A stretch of 62,886 nucleotides of DNA, the filler included, from Octopus bimaculoides (Eukaryota): assembly GCF_001194135.2 (NCBI RefSeq). It is 6 parts of 6 records of this genome, joined end to end, with 100 filler letters (N's around TTAATTAATTAA, not from the genome) between each part and the next. Parts side by side here need not be neighbours in the genome. Positions count along the whole stretch, not along the records: positions 1 to 25,890 come from NC_068985.1; positions 25,991 to 29,554 come from NC_069008.1; positions 29,655 to 38,323 come from NC_069001.1; 3 more parts are not named here. One strand, written 5' to 3'. The position numbers were made by a program, and so were the translations under genes. Below the pieces are notes generated by a model. The model was not told where the DNA came from. It worked only from the letters and a program-made list of their open reading frames with translations, and searched no databases. Positions 24,280-35,994 of the stretch are shown one piece after another. Position 1 is the first letter of the stretch. Every line of letters begins with the position of its first letter.

Positions 24280-25068
24280 AAAAATCAAAGCGACAGCTTC
24301 AAAAAAACCACCATAAATTTTACGATAAATACACACACGAGCAATGCAATGAATATTTTTTTAAATAGGCTTTCCTCTGAATGGAATACAAAGATAAGTA
24401 ATACATATCCCAATATCAATTGATTTCATGCTCTGCATGATAAACAAGCTTTGCAATCATCGGTTGGAAACAGTATTTGACATCTATCTCTAAAATGTTC
24501 ATTATGTCAACTCATGTGCATTTCTAACTTTAAATGTCCCACCCCGTTTAAAAGAAGCTATCATAAACAATAAAAATCTAAAGAAAGTGAAGTATTATTA
24601 CCGCTATAAACAGTAATAATGAGGTGGCTAGCAAGTTTCTACCTATACAGGTACAATAAGAAAAGTAGGGTAAATATACACCTTGCTAAAAATCAAAGCA
24701 ACAGCTTCAAAGAACCACCATAAATTTTATGATAAATATACTCATGAGTAATGCAATGAATATTTTAAAAGCATGTTTATCATGCAGAGCATGAAATCAA
24801 TTGATATTGGGATATCTATTACTTATCTTTGTATTCCATTCAGAGGTAAGCCTATTTCTAAAAATATTCATAGCATTGCTCATGTATATATTTATTGTAA
24901 AATTTATGGTGGTTTTTTGAAGCTGTCACTTTGATTTTTAGCAAAGGGTATATTTACCCTACTTTTCTTAAATTACTTTATCTTGTACCTGTATAGGTAG
25001 AAACTTGCTAGCCACCTCATTATTACTGTTTATAACAGTAATAATACTTCACTTTCTTTAAATTTTTA
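24280..25068. repeat. Composite tandem/inverted repeat (foldback)
   Basis: 24571-24766 is the reverse complement of about 24860-25068; 24362-24452 is the reverse complement of about 24767-24857; 24280-24361 repeats directly at about 24690-24766. Confidence 0.88.
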
Positions 25069-25084
25069 CATATATATATATATA

Positions 25085-25712
25085 TATAATCATGTAGAGA
25101 ATGGAGAAACAAACACAGGAAGAAGCAGGTCGATTGCACTAGTTAGCCATTAATTTAATCAATTAGGTAGAGATTATGTAATGTTACATTTACGATCGTT
25201 TCGATTTGCCAATTTAATTGGCAGATCTCTTCAGAATGCTGAGAAGTTTGTTTAAATGCATGGTGTGAGAGATGAAGGTATGGAAAGGTGGAGGATATAC
25301 TAATGTAAAAGAATACATATAGTGGTGTGAGAATAGAGGTAAGGTATAGTGAGTCTTACATTTTAGTCGAAATCGGAGTTAATAATATTTCTGCGAAGGA
25401 GAGGTAGGGTGGGTGCTGTTTAAGTTCGTAATTCCAATCTTAGTCAAGCGCATTCCTCACATGGATATTGTTAAATCAAGCGGATATTATTGTTTTATGT
25501 CATCAGTGGTGTAAGTAAAGGGGAGTAACTCTAAGTTTTGGTGAAGATGGAGCTAACTTTGTCCAAGTAAATATTTAATTATACTAAGAAAATGAAAATT
25601 TTGTAGTGTGTAAACAAACAGGGTTATTTTCGTATTTTTTGTTTACAAGATGTGTTGTAGCCGTTAGGATTTCGAGGCGTTCAGTTAGGCAAAGATCACA
25701 ACGCCTGTTAAT

Positions 25713-25715
<3 letters not shown>
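25085..25715 (-). mobile_element. PLE 3' end (GIY-YIG C-terminus plus 3' UTR), flanked by (TA)n arrays
   Basis: NRRCDLCLTERLEIL.....VNKKYE...CLH..KF; a hammerhead lies about 345 nt downstream of the stop codon. Confidence 0.8.
25186..25239 (-). ncRNA. Minimal type I hammerhead ribozyme, intact core
   Basis: GCAUU-CUGAAGA-GAUCUGCCAAUUAAAUUGGCAAAUC-GAA-ACGAUCGU-A-AAUGU. Helix I is 5 bp; helix II is 3+7 bp with one mismatch; helix III is a palindrome (ACGAUCGU); the cleavage triplet is GUA. Confidence 0.88.
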
Positions 25716-25744
<29 letters not shown>

Positions 25745-25990
25745 TATAAATATATATATATATCATCTACACAGGCTCTGTAGTGACAGCCATGACTTTG
25801 AGACTCAGTCTCAACTCATGGCTTGCCACTTTAGCCTACGTGGATATCCCCCCACCACCATCTACACCGCCCTTGCTAGAGCACGTTCCGNNNNNNNNNN
25901 NNNNNNNNNNNNNNNNNNNNNNNNNNNNNNNNNNTTAATTAATTAANNNNNNNNNNNNNNNNNNNNNNNNNNNNNNNNNNNNNNNNNNNN

Positions 25991-26052
<62 letters not shown>

Positions 26053-26123
26053 TCTTGTTTGGGGTGCGCGCAGAAGCAAAAAAATAACTAAAAAACAAAT
26101 ACACGAATCGTAAAAGAAATACT

Positions 26124-26280
26124 GCCGTGGCTGTGTGGTAGAACGTTTGCTTTAACCACATTGTTCTGGGTTCAGTCCAACTACATGGCACCTTGGCCAA
26201 GTGTCTTCTAATATAGCCTCGGGCTGATCGAAGCCTTGTAAGTGCATTTGGTAGACGGAGACTGAAAGAAGCCTGTCATA
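26124..26280 (+). mobile_element. SINE family B, 5' half
   Basis: TGGCTGTGTGGTAG (A box), GGTTCAGTCC (B box), CCTTGGCCAAGTGTCTT core, ACTGAAAGAAGCC. Confidence 0.85.
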
Positions 26281-26977
26281 CATCTATCTCTATTTATCTA
26301 TCCGTCTATCTAGCTATCCACCTATCCACTATACAAATGCGAGTGTATGTGGTTATGTGTGTTTAGCTCAAAAAGGCTCTGAATATGGTTTTCGAAATCT
26401 GCATTGCAAAGACAATCTCGTCCGTAAATAATAATAAAGAATATAAATTGCTACGAGAAATAGCAACTTTTAGATCGACAACTCGCCCGCACTTTATCAC
26501 TAACAATCTATTTCTCTGTATATCTTAACCATACTCTTTGACACTCACTCTCTTTGTATATGTAATAACTCTCACGCGCAGCTTTCATTTTGTCTAAAAC
26601 CTCGACCTCTAATGCTTGCTTTCATTTTATGATAGCTTGATCGGGTAAAAATGACCAAACTCTAAACAACTGTAATATTTTAGTAAAATTTTTGTGAAAT
26701 AAACGCATCACAAACTTGAATTCAGTACATCAATATACCAAATTTGAGAAGTTTTACTTAATTTTAAAATTTCAAAGTCTGTAACAGCGACAGATAAGAT
26801 CCCTCTCGCTCTATTTGTCTATCTCTTTCATTTTCTTTTGGTAATCTTTCTTATTCTCTACAAAAGTATATCGCTCACACTGAATGTGTGTTCTGTTTTT
26901 CCATCTGCTGCAGATATGTAAAACTTTTTCTTAGCTCGCTGCAGATGCTTTGTGAGATGTAACACCGTACATACATG

Positions 26978-27019
<42 letters not shown>

Positions 27020-27622
27020 GATGCCCACAAGCGCGCGCACACACACACACACATACACACATTTGCACACACAGACGGCGTGAGCGATATACATATGCAG
27101 AAAGTGAGACTGCGGTAAATATATATAGACAGGGGAAAGTNNNNNNNNNNNNNNNNNNNNNNNNNNNNNNNNNNNNNNNNNNNNNNNNNNNNNNNNNNNN
27201 NNNNNNNNNNNNNNNNNNNNNNNNNNNNNNNNNNNNNNNNNNNNNNNNNNNNNNNNNNNNNNNNNNNNNNNNNNNNNNNNNNNNNNNNNNNNNNNNNNNN
27301 NNNNNNNNNNNNNNNNNNNNNNNNNNNNNNNNNNNNNNNNNNNNNNNNNNNNNNNNNNNNNNNNNNNNNNNNNNNNNNNNNNNNNNNNNNNNNNNNNNNN
27401 NNNNNNNNNNNNNNNNNNNNNNNNNNNNNNNNNNNNNNNNNNNNNNNNNNNNNNNNNNNNNNNNNNNNNNNNNNNNNNNNNNNNNNNNNNNNNNNNNNNN
27501 NNNNNNNNNNNNNNNNNNNNNNNNNNNNNNNNNNNNNNNNNNNNNNNNNNNNNNNNNNNNNNNNNNNNNNNNNNNNNNNNNNNNNNNNNNNNNNNNNNNN
27601 NNNNNNNNNNNNNNNNNNNNNN

Positions 27623-27656
<34 letters not shown>

Positions 27657-28093
27657 CATATTCATATCATAAGGGCTCACGAATGTGCCTGCCTGCTAGA
27701 CATAAGAGTTAAAACCCTCATTAAACCACCAATAAAATAACACTGGAAATAACCACAGAAAACAAGTGCTCAAGCCAACGGACAAATATGAATTTTAGTT
27801 GTAAGGCTACGTAATGCTAATTTAGGCTTGCAACCACTTATTTCATTATTGCTGCTATTATTAATTATTTATATTGCCCTTGATGATAATAACAATAATA
27901 ATATGTATGTATGTATGAATGTATGTGTATATAAGGAGTAAATATTGGAATGAATATTTACATAGATATTTTTATTGTCATTATTATCAGCGGTAAATTT
28001 GAATAATTAATAACAACAACAAAAATATAGGTCGTAGCAAGTAATAATAATGTTAAATAGCTAGAGAATAAAATTTATCATTATAATTAAATG

Positions 28094-28364
28094 TAATTAC
28101 AATGGAGAGCACATTGCTTGCTAGGAAGAGGAGCTAAACCCTCAAGTGAGCCACCGAATTACCCTGAATTACACAACGGGTCAACAGAAATCGGGCAAGT
28201 GAGTACAGATTACCAAAATCCTCGCAGATCAATGCTGTAGAATTAAGAATCGGATACCCGATTCTTCATTCTAAAGCTTTGATCTGCGAGGATTTTGGGT
28301 AATTCGGTGGTTTACTTGAGGATTTCTAGCAAGTAGGCGCCTCGTGTGCCCTCTATTGCAATTA
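28094..28364. mobile_element. Palindromic foldback MITE-like element
   Basis: Terminal AATTACAATGGAGAGCAC versus the reverse complement of GTGCCCTCTATTGCAATT (15/18). Inner arms AAAATCCTCGCAGATCAA...AAGAATCGG / CCGATTCTT...TTGATCTGCGAGGATTTT close a 4-nt loop (28254-28257). Confidence 0.8.
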
Positions 28365-28868
28365 TAGTTAATTGTATATATATATATATATATATATNNN
28401 NNNNNNNNNNNNNNNNNNNNNNNNNNNNNNNNNNNNNNNNNNNNNNNNNNNNNNNNNNNNNNNNNNNNNNNNNNNNNNNNNNNNNNNNNNNNNNNNNNNN
28501 NNNNNNNNNNNNNNNNNNNNNNNNNNNNNNNNNNNNNNNNNNNNNNNNNNNNNNNNNNNNNNNNNNNNNNNNNNNNNNNNNNNNNNNNNNNNNNNNNNNN
28601 NNNNNNNNNNNNNNNNNNNNNNNNNNNNNNNNNNNNNNNNNNNNNNNNNNNNNNNNNNNNNNNNNNNNNNNNNNNNNNNNNNNNNNNNNNNNNNNNNNNN
28701 NNNNNNNNNNNNNNNNNNNNNNNNNNNNNNNNNNNNNNNNNNNNNNNNNNNNNNNNNNNNNNNNNNNNNNNNNNNNNNNNNNNNNNNNNNNNNNNNNNNN
28801 NNNNNNNNNNNNNNNNNNNNNNNNNNNNNNNNNNNNNNNNNNATATATATATATATATATATATACAT

Positions 28869-29027
28869 AACGGGCTTGTTTCAGTTTACGTCTGCCAAAT
28901 CCACTCACAAGTCTTTGGTTAACACAAAGTTATAGTAGAAGACACTTGCCGAAGGTGCCACGCAGTGGGATTGAACCCGGAACCATGTAATTGGGAAGCA
29001 AGTTTCTTACCACACAGCCACATCCTA
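28869..29027 (-). mobile_element. SINE family B, 5' half
   Basis: Reverse complement of the family B head and core. Confidence 0.85.
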
Positions 29028-29393
29028 GGACTGACCGATGGCATGCAATTGTTTATGGTGGATCTTAACTGGTCATGGAGTGACGTACCACATAGCTTCA
29101 CTAACAATATCTGCGGTAGATATACAGAATGGGACATGCAGTAACAGGTGATACAGTTGCAATGGGGTACTGCTGACTCAATTTCGTTTCTAGCGGTACC
29201 TTCATAGCTGCCCTCCACCGCCACTTCAGGCGTCATTTTGAGATCAGCCGTTATTGTTGTCTGCCTCAGTTTGTTTCAAATTTTGGATCTTGAGGTGGAG
29301 TTGGTTGTGTTCCACAGATTTTTGTGTATCTTTAGATATGTTTTGTATTAGCGTACGGTATTGAAGCAAACACTCTGAATGCATCAGTATTGT

Positions 29394-29531
29394 ATGTAGC
29401 TGTGTGCTAAGTAGCTTGCTTACCAACCACATGGTTCCGGGTTCAGTGGGCAAGTGTCTTCTACTATATCCTCAGGCCGACCAAAGCCTTGTGAGTGGAT
29501 CTGGTAGACGGAAACTGAAAGAAGCCCGTCG
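29394..29531 (+). mobile_element. SINE family B, 5' half (small internal deletion)
   Basis: GCTTACCAACCACATGGTTCCGGGTTCAGT...GGAAACTGAAAGAAGCCCGTCG followed by (TA)n. Confidence 0.85.
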
Positions 29532-29654
29532 TATATATATATATATATATATATNNNNNNNNNNNNNNNNNNNNNNNNNNNNNNNNNNNNNNNNNNNNTT
29601 AATTAATTAANNNNNNNNNNNNNNNNNNNNNNNNNNNNNNNNNNNNNNNNNNNN

Positions 29655-29695
<41 letters not shown>

Positions 29696-30155
29696 CATAA
29701 ATGTAGTAATATTGATAACAAGTTGTTAGAACTTAGTATATTTATACAAGTTTTAATGAAGTTTGAATTAGCTTAATGTTTAAAAGGAAGGGAAAAAGTG
29801 AAAATGTTTTGGATGTTAAGTCCTTCATTTGGAACAAGAAAGAAAAAAAGAATGGGAAAAATAGAGGAGGATGAAAGGTATTGAGAGAAAAAGAAAGAAG
29901 TGTTAGGTGCCAGAGGGCATTGTGGTTTTATGGGGCAGAGCTAAGAAGAGAGGAGGCAGTGGGATGGTGTATTTGTGTGTAAAGGAGAGTATCCATTTAT
30001 AGAAGAGGACGTAAAAGGCATGTGTGAGTGTGTGATGATGTGGGAATTTTATAAAGTGGGATTGTGTGCTGTGGGAGAATGGTGCATAGGTGCAATGATA
30101 TTGTAAATGAGAGGATGTTACAGGGAGATGAAAGGGATAAATATATACCTTTGTG

Positions 30156-30528
30156 TTGTTTACAGTCATTTGACTGTGGCCATGCTAGGGCTCTGCTTTG
30201 AAGGGGTTTTAGTCAAATGAATCAACTCCAGTACCTGTTTTTCAAGCCTGGTACTTATTCTATCGATCCCTTTTGCCAAACCACTAAGTTATGGGAGGTA
30301 AACTAACCAACACCAGTGGTGAGAGACAACCACAGATACAAAGACACACACACACACATGCACACAAACAAAGGGCTTCTTTCAGTTTCCGTCAAGAAGA
30401 TCTACTCACAAGGCTTTGGCTGGCCCAAGGCTATAGTATAAGACACTTGCCCAAGGAGCCATGCAGTGGGACTGAACCCAGAACCATGTGGTTGGAAAGC
30501 AAACTTATTATCTCACAGCCATGCCTGC
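30156..30528 (-). mobile_element. SINE family B, full length
   Basis: Both halves present with an internal (CA)n spacer. Confidence 0.85.
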
Positions 30529-31023
30529 AATTCTTATGGTGACAGTGACAACAATGATGGCATTAGTGAAAATGATTATGACTAGAGAATATTTAAGATT
30601 AAAGGCTTCCCAACCCTGACGTACCTGTTTTATTTCCATCAATAATGAAGATACAAGTACATTATTCAATGTGTTCTTCTATTTTTGTGAAAGAAAAAGG
30701 GCTGTGATTTAAAGAAGATTTGGCTGGTATTTCTAGCAGCGCAAATGTAGGCGTAACCCAACAAAACAAAACAAAAATCAAAAGCAAATATAGAGATTGT
30801 AGATGTGTGGGGGACACCAAATGAAAATGATTGCAACTTACAGTCCATAAGCAATGACTCTAAACTTTATATTAATTTGAAAAACTCAAATTGATTTAGC
30901 AAATATATAGCAAATATATTGCTCTGGAAGCAGTAAATGGTTGTATTTACATATTATATGAGGTATAAACTGACAGATACACAGTGAGTAGAAACAAATA
31001 CACACAGACACACAAGTAAACAC

Positions 31024-31072
<49 letters not shown>

Positions 31073-31554
31073 ACAAACACATGCATATACAAGCATATAT
31101 TGACATACTTCTAATACACACACACTCACAGAAACATATACATGTGAGTATACACACACACACATACACACATATATGAGAAGCAGACATATGTGTGTGT
31201 GTATATCTGTCTACATATGTATGCATATGTTTTTGTTGAATGGATGTAGTGGTGTAAGGAAATATGTGAAAACATGTATCCCTACATTTGTTTGCATGCA
31301 TGTTTGCATGTATACATCTATATACATGTGTAGAAAAATAAAAATGTGAGGCATAGAATGCTATTTGAAAGAATCTGTATTTAATAATTTTCTTTATGCA
31401 AAATTTGATATTAGCATTAGCATCCAGTGGAGCAGAAATATCTCTATCTAGTTGCTATTAGATGACTTAACAGATGTGAATGTAGCACATATCATATATA
31501 TATGTATGTGAGTGTGTATGTATTCATACTTATACATACATATATACATACATA

Positions 31555-31600
<46 letters not shown>

Positions 31601-31630
31601 TCGAAGTGTACAGTATTATATATCCATTAT

Positions 31631-31720
31631 GACCAATCTTATCAACTGGTTTCGCACCAGGGGTTCAATGGAGTGTTAGGTAACAGTCTCATTATGTAAC
31701 CCTGCACTCTTCAGAGATAG
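31631..31720 (-). ncRNA. Hammerhead ribozyme core with helices II and III but no cis helix I partner
   Basis: GCUAUCU-CUGAAGA-GUGCAGGGUU...AACCCUGGUGC-GAA-ACCAGU(UGAUAAG)AUUGGU-C. The core is perfect with a GUC triplet; the downstream AUAAUGG does not pair with GCUAUCU. Confidence 0.7.
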
Positions 31721-32610
31721 CTGTTTATGAAATAAAATATAGCGACTGCTCTCTATTGTTTGAGGTGAATAGGCACATCCAGTTTGAGGTTGCTGGGAAA
31801 AAGATGAAATGAATTGAGCAGGGAATCAAGTTAAAAGTTATGTCCCTTGGTACCAAAACATGGTCTGTGAGGGGTGGGTTTCTTGCAAGTTGGCAAAAGT
31901 TTTCTGAAAAAGAGTTTGTGGGAAATGTGTGTGTCTTTAAGGTTGGTGTTCTTGTGGAAATGGAATGGGTGTGGTGGTACTATATATATAGTGTTTGTGG
32001 GGGTTGTCATACACATCTGTGTTAGTTAATGTGTTTCTTCTTTTTTATGTTTTGGTTAAATTCATTAGGGCATTTAGGTATGCATACAGTGTGTGTAGGG
32101 GTATAATATGTGTGGGGGCTTATGTTGGCAGTGGTATATTTATAAATAAATATAATCAGAAATATATAGGGATTGACAGTAACCTGCTTCTCCAACATAC
32201 TGAGAATTCAGAAATAGCAGTCAAAGAACTACTGATTTCAAAACTACAAATTATTACTCTAGATTAATAATATAAATAAATATATATATATAATTATATA
32301 TATNNNNNNNNNNNNNNNNNNNNNNNNNNNNNNNNNNNNNNNNNNNNNNNNNNNNNNNNNNNNNNNNNNNNNNNNNNNNNNNNNNNNNNNNNNNNNNNNN
32401 NNNNNNNNNNNNNNNNNNNNNNNNNNNNNNNNNNNNNNNNNNNNNNNNNNNNNNNNNNNNNNNNNNNNNNNNNNNNNNNNNNNNNNNNNNNNNNGAATAG
32501 ATAGATAAGTAGATAGATAAATACACACACACACAAGCACACACACATACATGTGTGTGCATATATCTATATATATACATGTATGTATGTAATGTATGTA
32601 TGAATGTTTA

Positions 32611-32661
<51 letters not shown>

Positions 32662-33089
32662 ATACACACACACACACACACACATGTTTTTTATTCTTTT
32701 ATTTGACTGGCCATGCTGGAAATGTATATGTATGTATGTATTTTCTGTTGGTTTGCCAAGAATTGATGAATTACAGAACTCAATACGTAATGTAAGGTAT
32801 TAAGTACATTATATTTGGAATCCTTTTAACAGTGGAATTAGTTTTCTCCCTAATTTTATGGCACAAAACTTTAGGAATGCTTTCACAAGATAATAGAAAA
32901 GGAAAGATGCCAGTTCACACAGTTTGTATGTAGCAGGATTTTACCTTTTAATTTCAAAATCTTTGTTCATGAATGACTTATATGTTGCAAAAATAATCAA
33001 CGATATCGGTAAGCAAAAAATAATGTAATTACAAATGCTTAGTCATGCCTGCTTCTCAATGGGAAACATGAGTTGAAAAAAATGGGTAA

Positions 33090-34230
33090 GAAATGATCGA
33101 TGTATCTTTGAGAGCATATGATGGTTCTTTGGTGAGTGAAATTATTGTGTATTATATTCTACACTTATTGAGAAAGAGGTTTCCTGAAATGGATTGTAGC
33201 ATATATAGAGATGATGGCCTAATTCTGTTGATAAATTGTAAATGTGATACGTCAGATAAATTTTGAAAGAATCTGATTAAGGTATTTCAGAAAACAGTTC
33301 TTACATACAACTGTAGATACTAACCCTATTGTTAATTTTCTAGGCACAGACCTGAGATTTGATAATAATCGTTTCAAGCCATAATAGAAAACAAAAGATA
33401 AATTAATGTATTCACATTGGTAACCAAAGAATGTAATTAGCAACATTAGTAAAAGGGTATCCTTGTATCATTTGATAATGCTACTTTTATGAAGGCAACT
33501 GGGTGTTCTCTTGAATAGATCAGAAATAGTGGATTCTCAGATAAGTAAAATGCACTGAGAGCATACAGTGTATGAATAAGATTAGAAGAAAGAATAATGA
33601 ATATTCTATGGGACTGCTCAGTATTAAATTTAAAAGTAAGATATGATAAAGCTAGGGGATTTGTTAATTCTATAGATTACCATTTTCCACTAGGATTTAA
33701 GTATAGTAAGACATTAATAGGAATTGTGTTATTGGTAGTTAGCTTGTATAAATTTCAATTGTTATGTCAGAGGCTGCAAGGAAAGAGACAGGCAAATAGC
33801 TAACATCAATTGTGTAACTACGGAATTCCTGGAAATTCCCCACTTGATGGAAACTGTTTTTGCAAGGGTGATAGTATTCAGAGCTAAAGTAGATATCAGC
33901 AACAGAGAGGAACTTGATATATTAGGCAAACTGAATTAGCATTCAAACATCAATTTCATAAGCACAATCATTCATTTTTCAACCCTTGTATAAGATGTTC
34001 TATGGTCCTGTTGAAGTTTATATGGTTCTTACATGAAGTATGTTCTCACAATTTCAGAATTATTTAGTTGATTTTTGATAAGATATATCAAGGGAATGGT
34101 GTGACCAGAGGGCAAAAAATTGAGAATTTTGTTTCCAGGAAGTAAGAAGTTGGACATAAAAATGAACAGAAGTATTAGCATTTTGTATGCATGGAGCAAA
34201 ATTATCTTTTAAGTACCATCTTCCTTGACT
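33090..34230 (+). mobile_element. Old PLE (RT plus GIY-YIG) remnant, possibly Hydra-type lineage
   Basis: DVSLRAYDGSLVSEI, IYRDDGLIL, VNFLG, later SPLDGNC..IVFRAKV...YIRQTELAFKH. Confidence 0.7.
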
Positions 34231-34719
34231 TTTTTCAAGTTAGATTGGGAGAAAAAGAAACGTTGGTCTTGAAATGTTTTCCAAAAAATTTCTCAAGCAA
34301 CAAAGCAATTCCACAAAAGACAGTTTATATAATGACTTCTTTGTATGAGGTTTAAAAGCTAAATATAACGACAAATGAAAGAACAAGACATTTGGATTTT
34401 ATCCATAAGAATTGGGAATTAAGTGAAACAGCTATTTTATATATATCACGTACAAGACAGTTTTTAAAAGAAAAAGTCATAAAGATAAGTGTTTCCTAAA
34501 TATCTTTCATATTATATTTCAAAACAGATTCACAGAACAGATAATTCAAGACTGGGAATGTAAAACTTATAGTCTTACACTTATAATGTGTGTATGTATG
34601 TATGTGTGTGTGAATATGTGTGTATGTGTACATGTCTGTGGGTTAGTGTGTGTGTGCATGAATGTGTATGTGTGTGGGTGAATGTGTGTGCACATGTACA
34701 CATACATATATACATATAA

Positions 34720-34753
<34 letters not shown>

Positions 34754-34763
34754 NNNNNNNNNN

Positions 34764-34802
<39 letters not shown>

Positions 34803-35650
34803 CTACATACTCACACACACATGTGTGTGTGTGTCTGAGAATACTAAGTACATGGGAATAAAGGACATAATTACCACTAATAAAAGAAAGATGGACACAG
34901 TTTAAGATGTAGCATGGTTGCCATCCAATGACTGAGACAAGTAAAAGATGAAAGATAATGACACACATGCATAATCACACTCAAACACACACACACACAC
35001 ACATACACACCCACACATACACACACGTCTGTTTTCCCGTACTTGAATGAATTGGAGAGATTGTCTTTGACACCATCTTGCACCATTTTTGTTACAAGTG
35101 TTTGTTATTGTTAGTTCAGCCACTTGACTTCAGCTTTCACCATATTTTTTCATGCCATCTTTGCCCTTCCTCTATTGTATGTATCTATGACATGAACTAC
35201 TTGGCTCTTCTTTATGCAACTGTCAGCATATCTTTGCTTCCACTGTGCATATTGTGCATCCATACTTTACATCAACACGACTACATAAGCATATTGTGCA
35301 TCCATACTTTGCACCAGTTTTACTATATAGAACACTTGTTTGCTCCTTTTCTTTATATCCATCATAGCCACTTCACATGTTCTGATAAAGTAGTGTTTCC
35401 TTACTTCACTAACTAACATGGTTATGTTGGTTTGGTTTATTACAGGATATGTTGATTCTAATCTTTTCTTTCATATTTGGAATTTTTCTCTAATTTTTAT
35501 GAGGTTCAACTATAAGAGTACAGTTATCAACATACAGACATTCCAGGAGAAAACTGATGAGAAACTCCCCTATTATGGCCTCTATGCTTACTAAATTTCT
35601 AACTGAACTTTTTTCTCTCAACTAGATTATATCATCTCTGAACATATGTT

Positions 35651-35990
35651 GTGAAGGCTCAGTGGTGAGAGCATTGGGCTTACAATCGTGAGGTTGTGAG
35701 TTTGATTCCTGGACTGGGCTGTGTGTTGTGTTCTTGAGCAAGACACTTTATTTTTATGTTGCTCCAGTTCACTCAGCTGTAGAAATTAATTGTGACATTA
35801 TTGGTGCCAAGCTGTATTGGCTTCTGCTTTTCTCTTGGACAACATTGGTGGCATAGAGAAAGGAGACTGGCATGCATGGGTTACTGCTGTTCTTCCACTC
35901 CACAAACAACCTTCCCCATACTTGTGCCTTTGTGTGGAATTTTCTAGGTACAATTCCATAGTCAGTTGTGACTGAAAAAGGTCTTTATCT
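35651..35990 (+). mobile_element. tRNA-derived SINE (family A-related head and core, different tail)
   Basis: GGCTCAGTGGTGAG (A box), GTTTGATTCC (B box), TTCTTGAGCAAGACACTTTA core. Confidence 0.75.
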
Positions 35991-35994
35991 CTTT

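Noticed and set aside
25783-25829. Hairpin with AUGA as a SECIS element
   Set aside because: AUGA pairs by Watson-Crick rules with UCAU; there is no opposing GA quartet or apical AA motif, and no UGA-containing ORF nearby.
25935-25946. TTAATTAATTAA inside N runs (also 29599-29610, 38368-38379, 54615-54626, 61762-61773)
   Set aside because: An identical 12-mer centred in N padding, with stops in all six frames: an artificial contig spacer, not biology.
35554-35570. CTGATGAGAAAC as a hammerhead core
   Set aside because: No helix II between CUGAUGA and GAAA, and no supporting helices I or III.
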